From positions 50,753-70,752 of the forward strand of contig JANNQV010000035.1 of NCBI GenBank assembly GCA_031400935.1: a stretch of 20,000 nt of DNA. Direction: 5' to 3'. The DNA comes from Armatimonadota bacterium (GTDB taxonomy: Bacteria; Armatimonadota; Fimbriimonadia; Fimbriimonadales; Fimbriimonadaceae). The notes beneath the pieces are model-generated. The model did no database searches. It saw only the letters and a list, made by a program, of their open reading frames with translations, and had not been told where the DNA came from. Position numbers and translations under genes: made by a program. Position 1 is the first letter of the stretch, and the number at the start of each line of letters is the position of its first letter. Positions 8,138-15,255 of the stretch are shown here, piece after piece.

Positions 8138-9757
8138 ATGGCATACCGCGACTTCCGGCACTTTTTGGACACGCTCGAATCTAAGGGCGAGCTCAAACGG
8201 ATTTCAGAGCCGATTTCGCCGTATTTGGAAGTCACCGAAATCGCTGACAGAGTGATGAAATCTGGCGGACCTGCGCTTCTGTTCGAAAACGTTGTAGGCC
8301 CGCCGCACCGGTTGGGAACTCCGAACCCGAAGAGCGCGGTGATGGGGAACCCAAGCATTTACAAGGAATGTGTCTTGTCCGTCCCGGGCAAGTCCGGTTC
8401 AAAATCAACAGAAAGCCCAAGTCAAGGGGAACTTGTCCGGGACGGACAAGACACATTTCGAACCAAATACAATTTCCCCATCGCCATCAACACAATGGGC
8501 AGCAGAAAACGAATGTCCATGGCACTAAGCTGCGAGGATTTCGAAGAGCACGCCCAGCGGATTGCATCGCTTCTCAAACCGGAACTCCCGAAAGGTCCGA
8601 TAGAAGCCCTAAAACAACTTCCCAAACTACTTGGAGAACTAAAGAACATTCCCCCAAAAACGGTTTCTAGCGGAGCATGTCAGAAAATCGTCATGCAGGG
8701 TGACGAAGTTGACTTGACCAAACTTCCTATTCTCACTTGTTGGCCGGAAGATGGCGGGCCGTTCATAACATTGCCACTTGTGTTCACTTACGACCCAGAT
8801 ACAGGCAAACGAAACGTGGGAATGTACCGAATCCAGATTCACGACAAAAACACTTGCGGAATGCACTGGCAGATGCATAAAACTGGTGCGCGGCACATGG
8901 AAGCTGCCCAGGCGAAGGGCAAACGGATTGAGGTTTGCGTGGCGCTGGGCGGCGATCCGGCATTGACGTTTTCGGCGATTGCTCCACTCCCGCCAGGCAT
9001 GGATGAAATGCTCTTTGCGGGTTTTCTCCGTAAGGAAAGGGTTGATTTGGTCAAGGCAAAAACGGTGGACATAATGGTTCCTGCGGATGCTGAAATCGTG
9101 ATCGAGGGCTATGTTGATCCCACCGAAAAAAGGCTAGAAGGGCCGTTCGGCGACCACACCGGCTATTACTCTCTTGCCGAAGATTTTCCGGTCCTACATG
9201 TCACCGCCATTACAATGCGCGAAAACGCGATTTATCCAGCCACCATCGTCGGCCAGCCACCGATGGAAGATGGCTGGATGGGAAAGGCGGTCGAGCGGAT
9301 TTTCCTTCCCATGATCCAGCTTACAGTTCCTGAAATCGTGGATATGAATTTGCCGGTGGAGTCGTGCTTCCACAATGTCGCTTTTGTATCAATTAAGAAG
9401 AAATTCCCGGGCCACGCATACAAAACTATGAACGCGATTTGGGGGCTCGGCGGCCTGGCTTTTACCAAATTCGTTTACATTTTTGATGAAGATTGCAACG
9501 TGCAGGATTTTGGCGAAGTGCTTTTTAGAATTGGGGCAAACTGCGATCCTGGGCGTGATACTCTACACACAAAAGGGCCGGTAGATCAGCTTGACCATGC
9601 TTCTGTTGCTGAGGGTTTTGGCGGGAAATTGGGATTCGATTGCACCCACAAATGGCAGGGGGAAAATGGGTTCTCGCGGGATTATCCAAAGCTGATCACG
9701 ATGGCTGATGATGTCAAGGCGCGGGTTGATGAGATGTGGGGAAAGTTAGGTTTGTAA
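8138..9757 (+). CDS. ubiD: UbiD-family prFMN-dependent decarboxylase (menaquinone biosynthesis decarboxylase, MqnL-like)
   Basis: MAYRDFRHF start, GGPALLFEN, WPEDGGPFIT, RNVGMYR, EGPFGDHTGYY and LDHAS...GGKLGFDCT motifs. True start taken as ATG 8138 (TAAACT 8 nt upstream) rather than 8009. Confidence 0.93.
   Translation: MAYRDFRHFLDTLESKGELKRISEPISPYLEVTEIADRVMKSGGPALLFENVVGPPHRLGTPNPKSAVMGNPSIYKECVLSVPGKSGSKSTESPSQGELVRDGQDTFRTKYNFPIAINTMGSRKRMSMALSCEDFEEHAQRIASLLKPELPKGPIEALKQLPKLLGELKNIPPKTVSSGACQKIVMQGDEVDLTKLPILTCWPEDGGPFITLPLVFTYDPDTGKRNVGMYRIQIHDKNTCGMHWQMHKTGARHMEAAQAKGKRIEVCVALGGDPALTFSAIAPLPPGMDEMLFAGFLRKERVDLVKAKTVDIMVPADAEIVIEGYVDPTEKRLEGPFGDHTGYYSLAEDFPVLHVTAITMRENAIYPATIVGQPPMEDGWMGKAVERIFLPMIQLTVPEIVDMNLPVESCFHNVAFVSIKKKFPGHAYKTMNAIWGLGGLAFTKFVYIFDEDCNVQDFGEVLFRIGANCDPGRDTLHTKGPVDQLDHASVAEGFGGKLGFDCTHKWQGENGFSRDYPKLITMADDVKARVDEMWGKLGL
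8367..8457. repeat. REPIN-like inverted doublet inserted in frame within ubiD
   Basis: AATGTGTCTTGTCCGTCCCGGGCAAGT (8367-8393) vs ACTTGTCCGGGACGGACAAGACACATT (8431-8457): 26/27 complementary. Each arm is itself a hairpin (CTTGTCCG-TCC-CGGGCAAG). Confidence 0.85.
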
Positions 9758-9759
9758 TC

Positions 9760-10095
9760 ATGACAACCGAACTTAGATACCTAGTTCTCAATGCGCTGCT
9801 GAAGGATCGCACGAGAACTTGCCATGAGCTTTTTCAGGCGACTGCTGAGCACCTTCTCGATCCTAAAACTAGTGACCGACACCTAAATCAAATGCGAAAG
9901 GACCGACCCAAATTTCTACAAGCAATTAGGGCAGGCAAGAAACAGGGTCAGAACGCTGAAAGAATTGGCAATGCAATGTTGGACACAAAGGTGAGTGACG
10001 GAGCCGTAGCAATAGTTGTTGACCAACTGATACTCGGTGACTCGATCAGTGAGGATGCTGTCGTCAGAATTTGTGCCGGGGTTCTCGCACCCTAA
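9760..10095 (+). CDS. Hypothetical protein
   Basis: ATG 2 nt after the ubiD stop; 111 aa, helical; no family recognised. Confidence 0.55.
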   Translation: MTTELRYLVLNALLKDRTRTCHELFQATAEHLLDPKTSDRHLNQMRKDRPKFLQAIRAGKKQGQNAERIGNAMLDTKVSDGAVAIVVDQLILGDSISEDAVVRICAGVLAP

Positions 10096-10123
10096 CGATT
10101 TCCTCATAACCCCCAGATACAAT
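10092..10123 (+). promoter_or_regulatory. Putative autoregulated promoter of the response regulator: OmpR-type direct repeat plus -10 box
   Basis: CTAAC-N6-CTCAT (11-bp period), then N10, TACAAT, and N6 to the GTG start. Confidence 0.55.
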
Positions 10124-10129
10124 AGCTCC

Positions 10130-10804
10130 GTGCGCATTCTCATCGTAGAAGACGAACCTGATATCGCGGAAGGGATGGAGATTGCCCTTCGGCGCGAGGG
10201 GTATCGCCCCGAAATCGCCACGAACGGAACCGATGGCGAGGAAATGGCGATGATGCACAGCTATGGCGCAATCCTTTTGGATGTAATGCTCCCCGGCAAA
10301 AGCGGCACCGAGGTTTGCCGAAACTTGAGGCGGTGCGGAATCACAACCCCGGTTCTGATGGTGACAGCACGCGATCAAATTTCAGACAAAGTCGGCGGGC
10401 TAGATGTTGGAGCTGATGACTACCTCGTGAAGCCCTTTGCGATCGAGGAGCTTCTTGCAAGAATTCGAGCCATAACGAGAAGAGAGGGGTCCAGAAGAAG
10501 CGTGAGAATTGAAGTCGGACCAGTTGCCATTGATACCGTTGACCAAACAGCGACTTTGAACGGCCAAATCGTCAAGCTCACTCAAAGGGAGTTTTCACTA
10601 TTGGAAGCACTGGCTCAAAATGAAGGAAGGATACTCTCAAGAGATACAATTCTGGACCGGATTTGGAACACCGAAGAGGCTTTGCCAAACACGGTGAACT
10701 TCCACATGAAATCGCTCAGGCGGAAGATTGATCCCGAAGGCAAACTGATCCATACCGTTCATGGATTCGGCTACAGGCTTCATTGGGAGGGCGAACCCGT
10801 TTGA
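10130..10804 (+). CDS. OmpR/PhoB-family response regulator
   Basis: RILIVEDE, ILLDVMLPG (phospho-Asp), MVTARD, GADDYLVKPF and winged helix LTQREFSLL...LRRKID....IHTVHGFGY. GTG start at 10130. Confidence 0.95.
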   Translation: MRILIVEDEPDIAEGMEIALRREGYRPEIATNGTDGEEMAMMHSYGAILLDVMLPGKSGTEVCRNLRRCGITTPVLMVTARDQISDKVGGLDVGADDYLVKPFAIEELLARIRAITRREGSRRSVRIEVGPVAIDTVDQTATLNGQIVKLTQREFSLLEALAQNEGRILSRDTILDRIWNTEEALPNTVNFHMKSLRRKIDPEGKLIHTVHGFGYRLHWEGEPV

Positions 10805-12318
10805 GCCGCCAATCTCTTCGCACAAAGCTGACCATTTGGAATGCGGCGTTGTTTCTGGTCGCGATTCTTGCATTTGGCGGGCTACAAGTTTGGCTGGCAA
10901 CTCAATCTGCGGAAAAGATTTTGGATCAAGCACTTATCACAAGGGCGGAGGGTGCAATCCGCGGAGGAAGGCCGCGAGGAGGCCCATTTGGAATGGGCGG
11001 ACCTCCGGGCGGCCAAGGCGGGCAGCAACCGCCCGATCAGGTTCCGAATGGTCAGCCAAACAGCCAGCCCAATCCTAACGGCGGCCTAGGAAACCCTGGT
11101 GGGATTGTTCCAAGGCAAGGCGGACCACCGCCGGAGTCGCCCGGATCGCCGTTTTTCTTTCGCCGTCCGGCGTTCATCAATGCCGACGGCTCGTCAGGTG
11201 AACCTCAACAAAACATCGGCCCCTGGGCGCCAAATCTCGTTCAAAAAACATTAAACGGAGAATTGCAGCGAGGCTACGTTACGGTTCAAGAGACTCGCTT
11301 GAGAGTCATTTCTCTGCCGTTTGCCAGGCCGGATGGCAAGTTTGATGCGGTTCAAGTTGTGCAGGAGGCCGCCGGAATCGAACTTGCACAAAAGGCGCAG
11401 ATTCTCAGTATGTTGTCAACTCTGCCAATTGTCTTGCTCATTTCGTTCGGGCTTTCTCTCGTGCTATCGAGGCTTGTTCTGGTGCCTGTTGCAAAGCTAA
11501 CGAAAGCAGCTGAGGTACTTGCGCAAAATCCAAGTTCAAAGGAAAGAATCGAGTCCGGCGGCGATGACGAAATGGGCAGATTGTCGAACTCCTTCAATCA
11601 GATGACAGACCAAATGCAGCTTGCAAATGCTCAGCTTGCCGAATCTTTGGAAAGGCAAAAGCGGTTTACAAGCGACGCTGCTCATGAACTGAGAACACCC
11701 CTTACCAGCATTGCTTTAGCGGCTCAGAACGGTTTGCATGACAACGCGACGGAAGAGGATAAACTGAGATCGCTCCAGATCATTGATCGCTCTTCGGCTT
11801 CTTTGAGAAGGCTAACGGACATATTGCTTTCGCTGGCAAGGATTGATGCGGGAAAGACCTCAATAGAGCTTTTGCCGCTTTTGATTGCCTCTGTTGTTCC
11901 CGAAGCGATTGCAAACGCAGGATTAGACGGCGACACCAGAATTCGTGTCGAGATTGAATCAAATTGCCCAAAAGTCATAGCAAATGCTGACGGCTTGCGC
12001 CAAATCTTAACCAATCTGCTGACAAACGCCGCCGCCGCAACGCCAAAAGACGGATTCATTTTGATCGCCCAGACGGGAACGAGCATTAGAGTTCAAGATT
12101 CAGGATCGGGAATTGCACCCGAGCATTTGCCAAAGCTGTTCGACCGGTTTTATCGAGTGGATACTTCACGAACGAAGGCTTCAGGTGGATTCGGTTTGGG
12201 CTTGGCGATCACTAAGGCATTAGTTGAAGCGCAAGGTGCCGGAATCACAGTTTCAAGCAGCGTCGGGGTGGGAACGACATTTTCTATAGAATTTTCAAAA
12301 AGTGATCAAAACTCATAA
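10801..12318 (+). CDS. Sensor histidine kinase (2 TM, HAMP, HisKA, HATPase_c) with a G/P/Q-rich extracytoplasmic insert
   Basis: H-box DAAHELRTPLT, N-box QILTNLLTNA, DSGSGI, FDRFYRVD, GGFGLGLAI, HAMP DDEMGRLSNSFNQM. TTG 10801 overlaps the regulator stop (TTGA). Confidence 0.95.
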   Translation: MSRQSLRTKLTIWNAALFLVAILAFGGLQVWLATQSAEKILDQALITRAEGAIRGGRPRGGPFGMGGPPGGQGGQQPPDQVPNGQPNSQPNPNGGLGNPGGIVPRQGGPPPESPGSPFFFRRPAFINADGSSGEPQQNIGPWAPNLVQKTLNGELQRGYVTVQETRLRVISLPFARPDGKFDAVQVVQEAAGIELAQKAQILSMLSTLPIVLLISFGLSLVLSRLVLVPVAKLTKAAEVLAQNPSSKERIESGGDDEMGRLSNSFNQMTDQMQLANAQLAESLERQKRFTSDAAHELRTPLTSIALAAQNGLHDNATEEDKLRSLQIIDRSSASLRRLTDILLSLARIDAGKTSIELLPLLIASVVPEAIANAGLDGDTRIRVEIESNCPKVIANADGLRQILTNLLTNAAAATPKDGFILIAQTGTSIRVQDSGSGIAPEHLPKLFDRFYRVDTSRTKASGGFGLGLAITKALVEAQGAGITVSSSVGVGTTFSIEFSKSDQNS

Positions 12319-12343
12319 ATCTCTCATGTCGAAGTGGGAAAAT
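12312..12343 (+). promoter_or_regulatory. Putative response-regulator box and -10 box for the downstream secreted protein
   Basis: CTCAT-N6-CTCAT, then N10, GAAAAT: same geometry as the site at 10092-10123. Confidence 0.55.
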
Positions 12344-12381
12344 GAGTTCAATGAAGCAATGATTTGCATTCAGGTGAAACC

Positions 12382-13500
12382 ATGAAACAAAACAAAATCT
12401 TTCGAATCGTAACTATGAGCCTTGCAACGATGGCATTGTGCGCTGTTGTATTTGCACAAGCCGGCCCTCCTCAAGGCGGTCCCGGTGGACAAGGCGGACC
12501 GGGAGGGCAAGGCGCTCAAGCCGGACCAAGGCAAGGCGGCCAAGGCGGACCAAACCAAATGCAGCGGCGTGGGCCCGGCGCTGGAATGATGCTCGTCCGG
12601 ATGAGTTCGGTTCAAAAGGAACTTGAAATGTCAGCCGAACAGATCAAGCAGATTAACGAATTGCGCCCCATGATGAGCGGCCCAGGTGGGCAGGGTGGCC
12701 CCGGCGGGCCGGGCGGACCTCCTCAGGGTGGCGGGCAAGGCCAGCCTCCGCGTGGCGGCGGGCAGCCTCCTGCAGGACAAGGCGGACCACCACAAGGCGG
12801 ACCTCCTCAGGGCGGCGGATTTGGACAGCCTCCCCAAGGTCAGGGTAGGCCGGGTGGACCTCCTCAAGGCGGTGGATTCGGACAAGGCGGCCCAGGACAG
12901 GGAATGAACAACCCGTTGAACGACATCCTTTCCCAAAAGCAAACGAAGCGGCTACATCAGCTTGAGCTTCAGTTCAATGCGCCGATGAGCATGTTGCAGC
13001 AGGAAGCGAACAAGGAGCTCAAATTCACTGAAGAACAGCGAATTGAAATTGACGACATAATCAAAAAGTCTGGCCTCATAATGAGGGGCGGGCCTGGACA
13101 AGGTGGTCCCGGCGGACCTCCTCCTAATGGACAAGGCGCCGGATTTGGCGCACCTCCCCAGGGTGGCGGACAGCCTCCTCGTGGCGGCGGACAACCACCT
13201 GCGGGTCAAGGCGGATCTGCCCAAGGTGGCGGCCAAGGAGGCCCTCCTCAGGGCGGTGGATTTGGACAGCCCCCCCAAGGTGGCGGGCAAGGTCAAGGCA
13301 GACCGGGCGGTCCTCCGCAAGGCGGCTTTGGGCAAGGTGGGCCAATGCCGAGTTTCGGCGAAATGCAAGCTAAGAAGGCCGATGCTATGAAGAAAGTGAT
13401 GGGGATTCTGACTTCCGAGCAAAAGGACTTATGGAAGAAAATTACAGGTTCCGAGTTCAGTAAGTGGGAAGAGCCTAAGCGGCCGAATCCTGACAAGTAA
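12382..13500 (+). CDS. Secreted Spy/CpxP-like (LTxxQ-repeat) protein with Gly/Gln/Pro low-complexity inserts
   Basis: AGGTGA RBS; signal peptide MKQNKIFR..LCAVVFA|QA; four LTxxQ-like motifs (MSAEQ, LSQKQ, FTEEQ, LTSEQ); GGPPQGG repeats. Confidence 0.8.
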   Translation: MKQNKIFRIVTMSLATMALCAVVFAQAGPPQGGPGGQGGPGGQGAQAGPRQGGQGGPNQMQRRGPGAGMMLVRMSSVQKELEMSAEQIKQINELRPMMSGPGGQGGPGGPGGPPQGGGQGQPPRGGGQPPAGQGGPPQGGPPQGGGFGQPPQGQGRPGGPPQGGGFGQGGPGQGMNNPLNDILSQKQTKRLHQLELQFNAPMSMLQQEANKELKFTEEQRIEIDDIIKKSGLIMRGGPGQGGPGGPPPNGQGAGFGAPPQGGGQPPRGGGQPPAGQGGSAQGGGQGGPPQGGGFGQPPQGGGQGQGRPGGPPQGGFGQGGPMPSFGEMQAKKADAMKKVMGILTSEQKDLWKKITGSEFSKWEEPKRPNPDK

Positions 13501-13553
13501 TAGGGGGCGAACGCTTGGTTCGCACTAAGTCCGCGGACACTTAGTTCGCTAAC

Positions 13554-13583
13554 GGAAAGCCGTACATTTTTGTACGGCTTTCC
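13554..13583. terminator. Perfect 13-bp stem hairpin, likely terminator, preceded by two smaller hairpins (13507-13545)
   Basis: GGAAAGCCGTACA-TTTT-TGTACGGCTTTCC; the U-tract is weak. Confidence 0.6.
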
Positions 13584-13743
13584 ACTTCATGGACGCAACT
13601 ATGCTGCGAGTCCGAGTAGTCCGCTCTTGAAGCAATTTTTGGTCGGGCACGCTACCTGCCCACCAACCCCAACACTCCCCCCAACCTGCCATAATCTCCT
13701 TACAGCCCTACGGGCGCGAACTCAGGAGATTCAACTCAAAAAC

Positions 13744-14667
13744 ATGAAAGTTAGTATTATTGGTGGTGGTGGCCGCGTCGGATCAGATGCGGCTTTTTGT
13801 TTGCAACTCGATGGCATTGTCAACGAAATCGTACTCGTGGACGCCAACCCAGATATGGCCGCAGGAGAGGCGCTCGACCTCCGGCACGGCTCGGCTCTTA
13901 CTGCCAGCCAAAAGATCACTTCTGGCGATTACGACGCAGTCAACGGCTCGAATTGCATCGTGATTACCGCGGGCTTACGCCGCAAGCCCGACGAGAGTCG
14001 GTTAGAATTGATCAACCGAAATGTAGGACTTTTTGGCGGAATATTAGACAGTTTGAAGAATTGCAAACTACCTGCGGATTCTTCAATCCTGGTTGTTTCA
14101 AATCCGGTTGACATCCTTACCCAACTTGCAGCCGAATCTGGAATTTTGCCTTCTTCGCAAGTAATCGGGCTTGGAACCGTGCTGGACACTTGCCGATTCC
14201 GATCGTTGTTGGCGGACAATTTCAACGTCGGGGCACGAGACGTTCACGCCCTCATCCTTGGTGAGCACGGCGACAGCATGGTGCCCATGTGGTCTTCGGC
14301 GGGGATCAATGGTGTGAGCATTAAGAGCCTCAACGGCTGGTCTGATGAAAAGGGCGCCGAAATTTTTGATGCCACCAAGAAATCTGGCTCAGAAGTCATC
14401 CGATTGAAAGGTGGCGCGGGTCGCGCAGTCGGCGTTTCGATCATGGAAGTCTGCCGCGCGATCGCACTTGACAGCGGTGCATTGCTACCAGTCAGTTCGG
14501 TTCAAACGGGCAAATTAGGAATCGAAGGCGTCGCGCTTTCTTTGCCAACAAGAGTTGGAAGAAAGGGCGTTGTCGAAGTTCTGGCACCAGCTTGTTCAGA
14601 TTCGGAAAGAGAGCTGTTGATGAAGTCGGCCCAGTCGTTGAAAGATGTTCGGGCGCAGATAGCCTAA
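13744..14667 (+). CDS. mdh: LDH-like malate dehydrogenase (LDH/MDH family)
   Basis: MKVSIIGGGGRVG Rossmann motif, ITAGLRRKPDESRLEL (Arg at the specificity position), VVSNPVD, GTVLDTCRF, GEHGDS. AGGAG RBS upstream of ATG 13744. Confidence 0.85.
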   Translation: MKVSIIGGGGRVGSDAAFCLQLDGIVNEIVLVDANPDMAAGEALDLRHGSALTASQKITSGDYDAVNGSNCIVITAGLRRKPDESRLELINRNVGLFGGILDSLKNCKLPADSSILVVSNPVDILTQLAAESGILPSSQVIGLGTVLDTCRFRSLLADNFNVGARDVHALILGEHGDSMVPMWSSAGINGVSIKSLNGWSDEKGAEIFDATKKSGSEVIRLKGGAGRAVGVSIMEVCRAIALDSGALLPVSSVQTGKLGIEGVALSLPTRVGRKGVVEVLAPACSDSERELLMKSAQSLKDVRAQIA

Positions 14668-14669
14668 TT

Positions 14670-14713
14670 CCCCCACCCTAGCCCTCCCCCGTGGCTTCGC
14701 TCACTGGGGAGGG
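14670..14713. repeat. REP-like hairpin / possible bidirectional terminator between mdh and the tRNA 3' end
   Basis: CCCCCACCCTAG-CCCTCCCC...GGGGAGGG; same family as 8035-8081. Confidence 0.6.
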
Positions 14714-14724
14714 AATATAACAAA

Positions 14725-14772
14725 TGGCACCCTGAGCGGGACTCGAACCCACGACCCTCTGCTTAGAAGGCA
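14725..14772 (-). tRNA. 3' half of tRNA-Arg(TCT): displaced fragment / att site, not an intact tRNA
   Basis: Minus strand reads TGC-CTTCTAA-GCA-GAGGGTC-GTGGG-TTCGAGT-CCCGC-TCAGGGT-G-CCA: anticodon loop TCT, T-arm, acceptor 3' strand and CCA. No D-arm or matching acceptor 5' strand is present upstream. Confidence 0.85.
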
Positions 14773-14874
14773 AACCAGGCACCCAAAAGGGCTGTATTTA
14801 TAGGGTGATTATCACGTTTTCCAAAGAAAGTCAAATACTGCGGCGTCGTGCGGACGCGTGCGGAGGCGAAGCTC

Positions 14875-14896
14875 TGGCACAAAATTGGCACAAAAT
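14875..14896. repeat. Tandem 11-bp direct repeat, candidate tyrosine-integrase arm-type sites
   Basis: TGGCACAAAAT-TGGCACAAAAT about 100 bp inside the att core. Confidence 0.6.
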
Positions 14897-15042
14897 GCAT
14901 CACTCATTTTTCGCCGTCGCGATAGGTAGTTTGGATCGTTTTTTGGACGAATGCGTCGCCTGCCTGTGGGAAATCAACCGCCGCCTTAATTGGCGAAGCA
15001 TAAAACGAATCCTTAAAGTGCAATGCACCAGGACAAGCGAAG

Positions 15043-15255
15043 CTACCAGTTTCTGCGGTTGGACTGAAACAGGGCGCAAATCTGCCGTAGCGCGACAAGG
15101 GTCATCAGGAAGCTGATAATCAGCACGCCTTTGGTTACCACCAGTTCAGTCGACGGCGTGTTTTTAATAAACACGTCGCCAACCGGATGAACGAGCGAAT
15201 AGCAGATTGCAAAAATCACAATTCCCAAGGCGGCGATGATGAGTGCTTTTATCAT
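15043..15255 (-). CDS. Small two-TM membrane protein
   Basis: 70 aa with two hydrophobic segments (ALIIAALGIVIFAICYSLV; LVVTKGVLIISFLMTLVAL). ATGA overlap with the upstream stop. Confidence 0.55.
   Translation of the reverse strand: MIKALIIAALGIVIFAICYSLVHPVGDVFIKNTPSTELVVTKGVLIISFLMTLVALRQICALFQSNRRNW

Noticed and set aside
8232..8670. Two ORFs on opposite strands both beginning MCLVRPGQV
   Set aside because: Artefact of the inverted repeat inside ubiD, not duplicated genes.
12460..13345. CRISPR-like or mobile DNA repeats
   Set aside because: The repeats are codon-level GGPPQGG peptide repeats within an ORF, with no constant repeat/unique spacer pattern.
12370..13496. Several antisense or alternate-frame ORFs over the G/Q/P protein
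   Set aside because: Expected by-product of low-complexity GC-rich codons.
14725..14800. Intact tRNA-Arg gene
   Set aside because: No D-arm consensus and no 5' acceptor strand fully pairing with TCAGGGT at the right distance; treated as an att fragment.
14805..15116. 103-aa + strand ORF and 64-aa - strand ORF near the att site as an integrase or excisionase remnant
   Set aside because: No R-H-R-Y integrase or HTH motifs; the + strand ORF overlaps the arm-like repeats and the TM gene.
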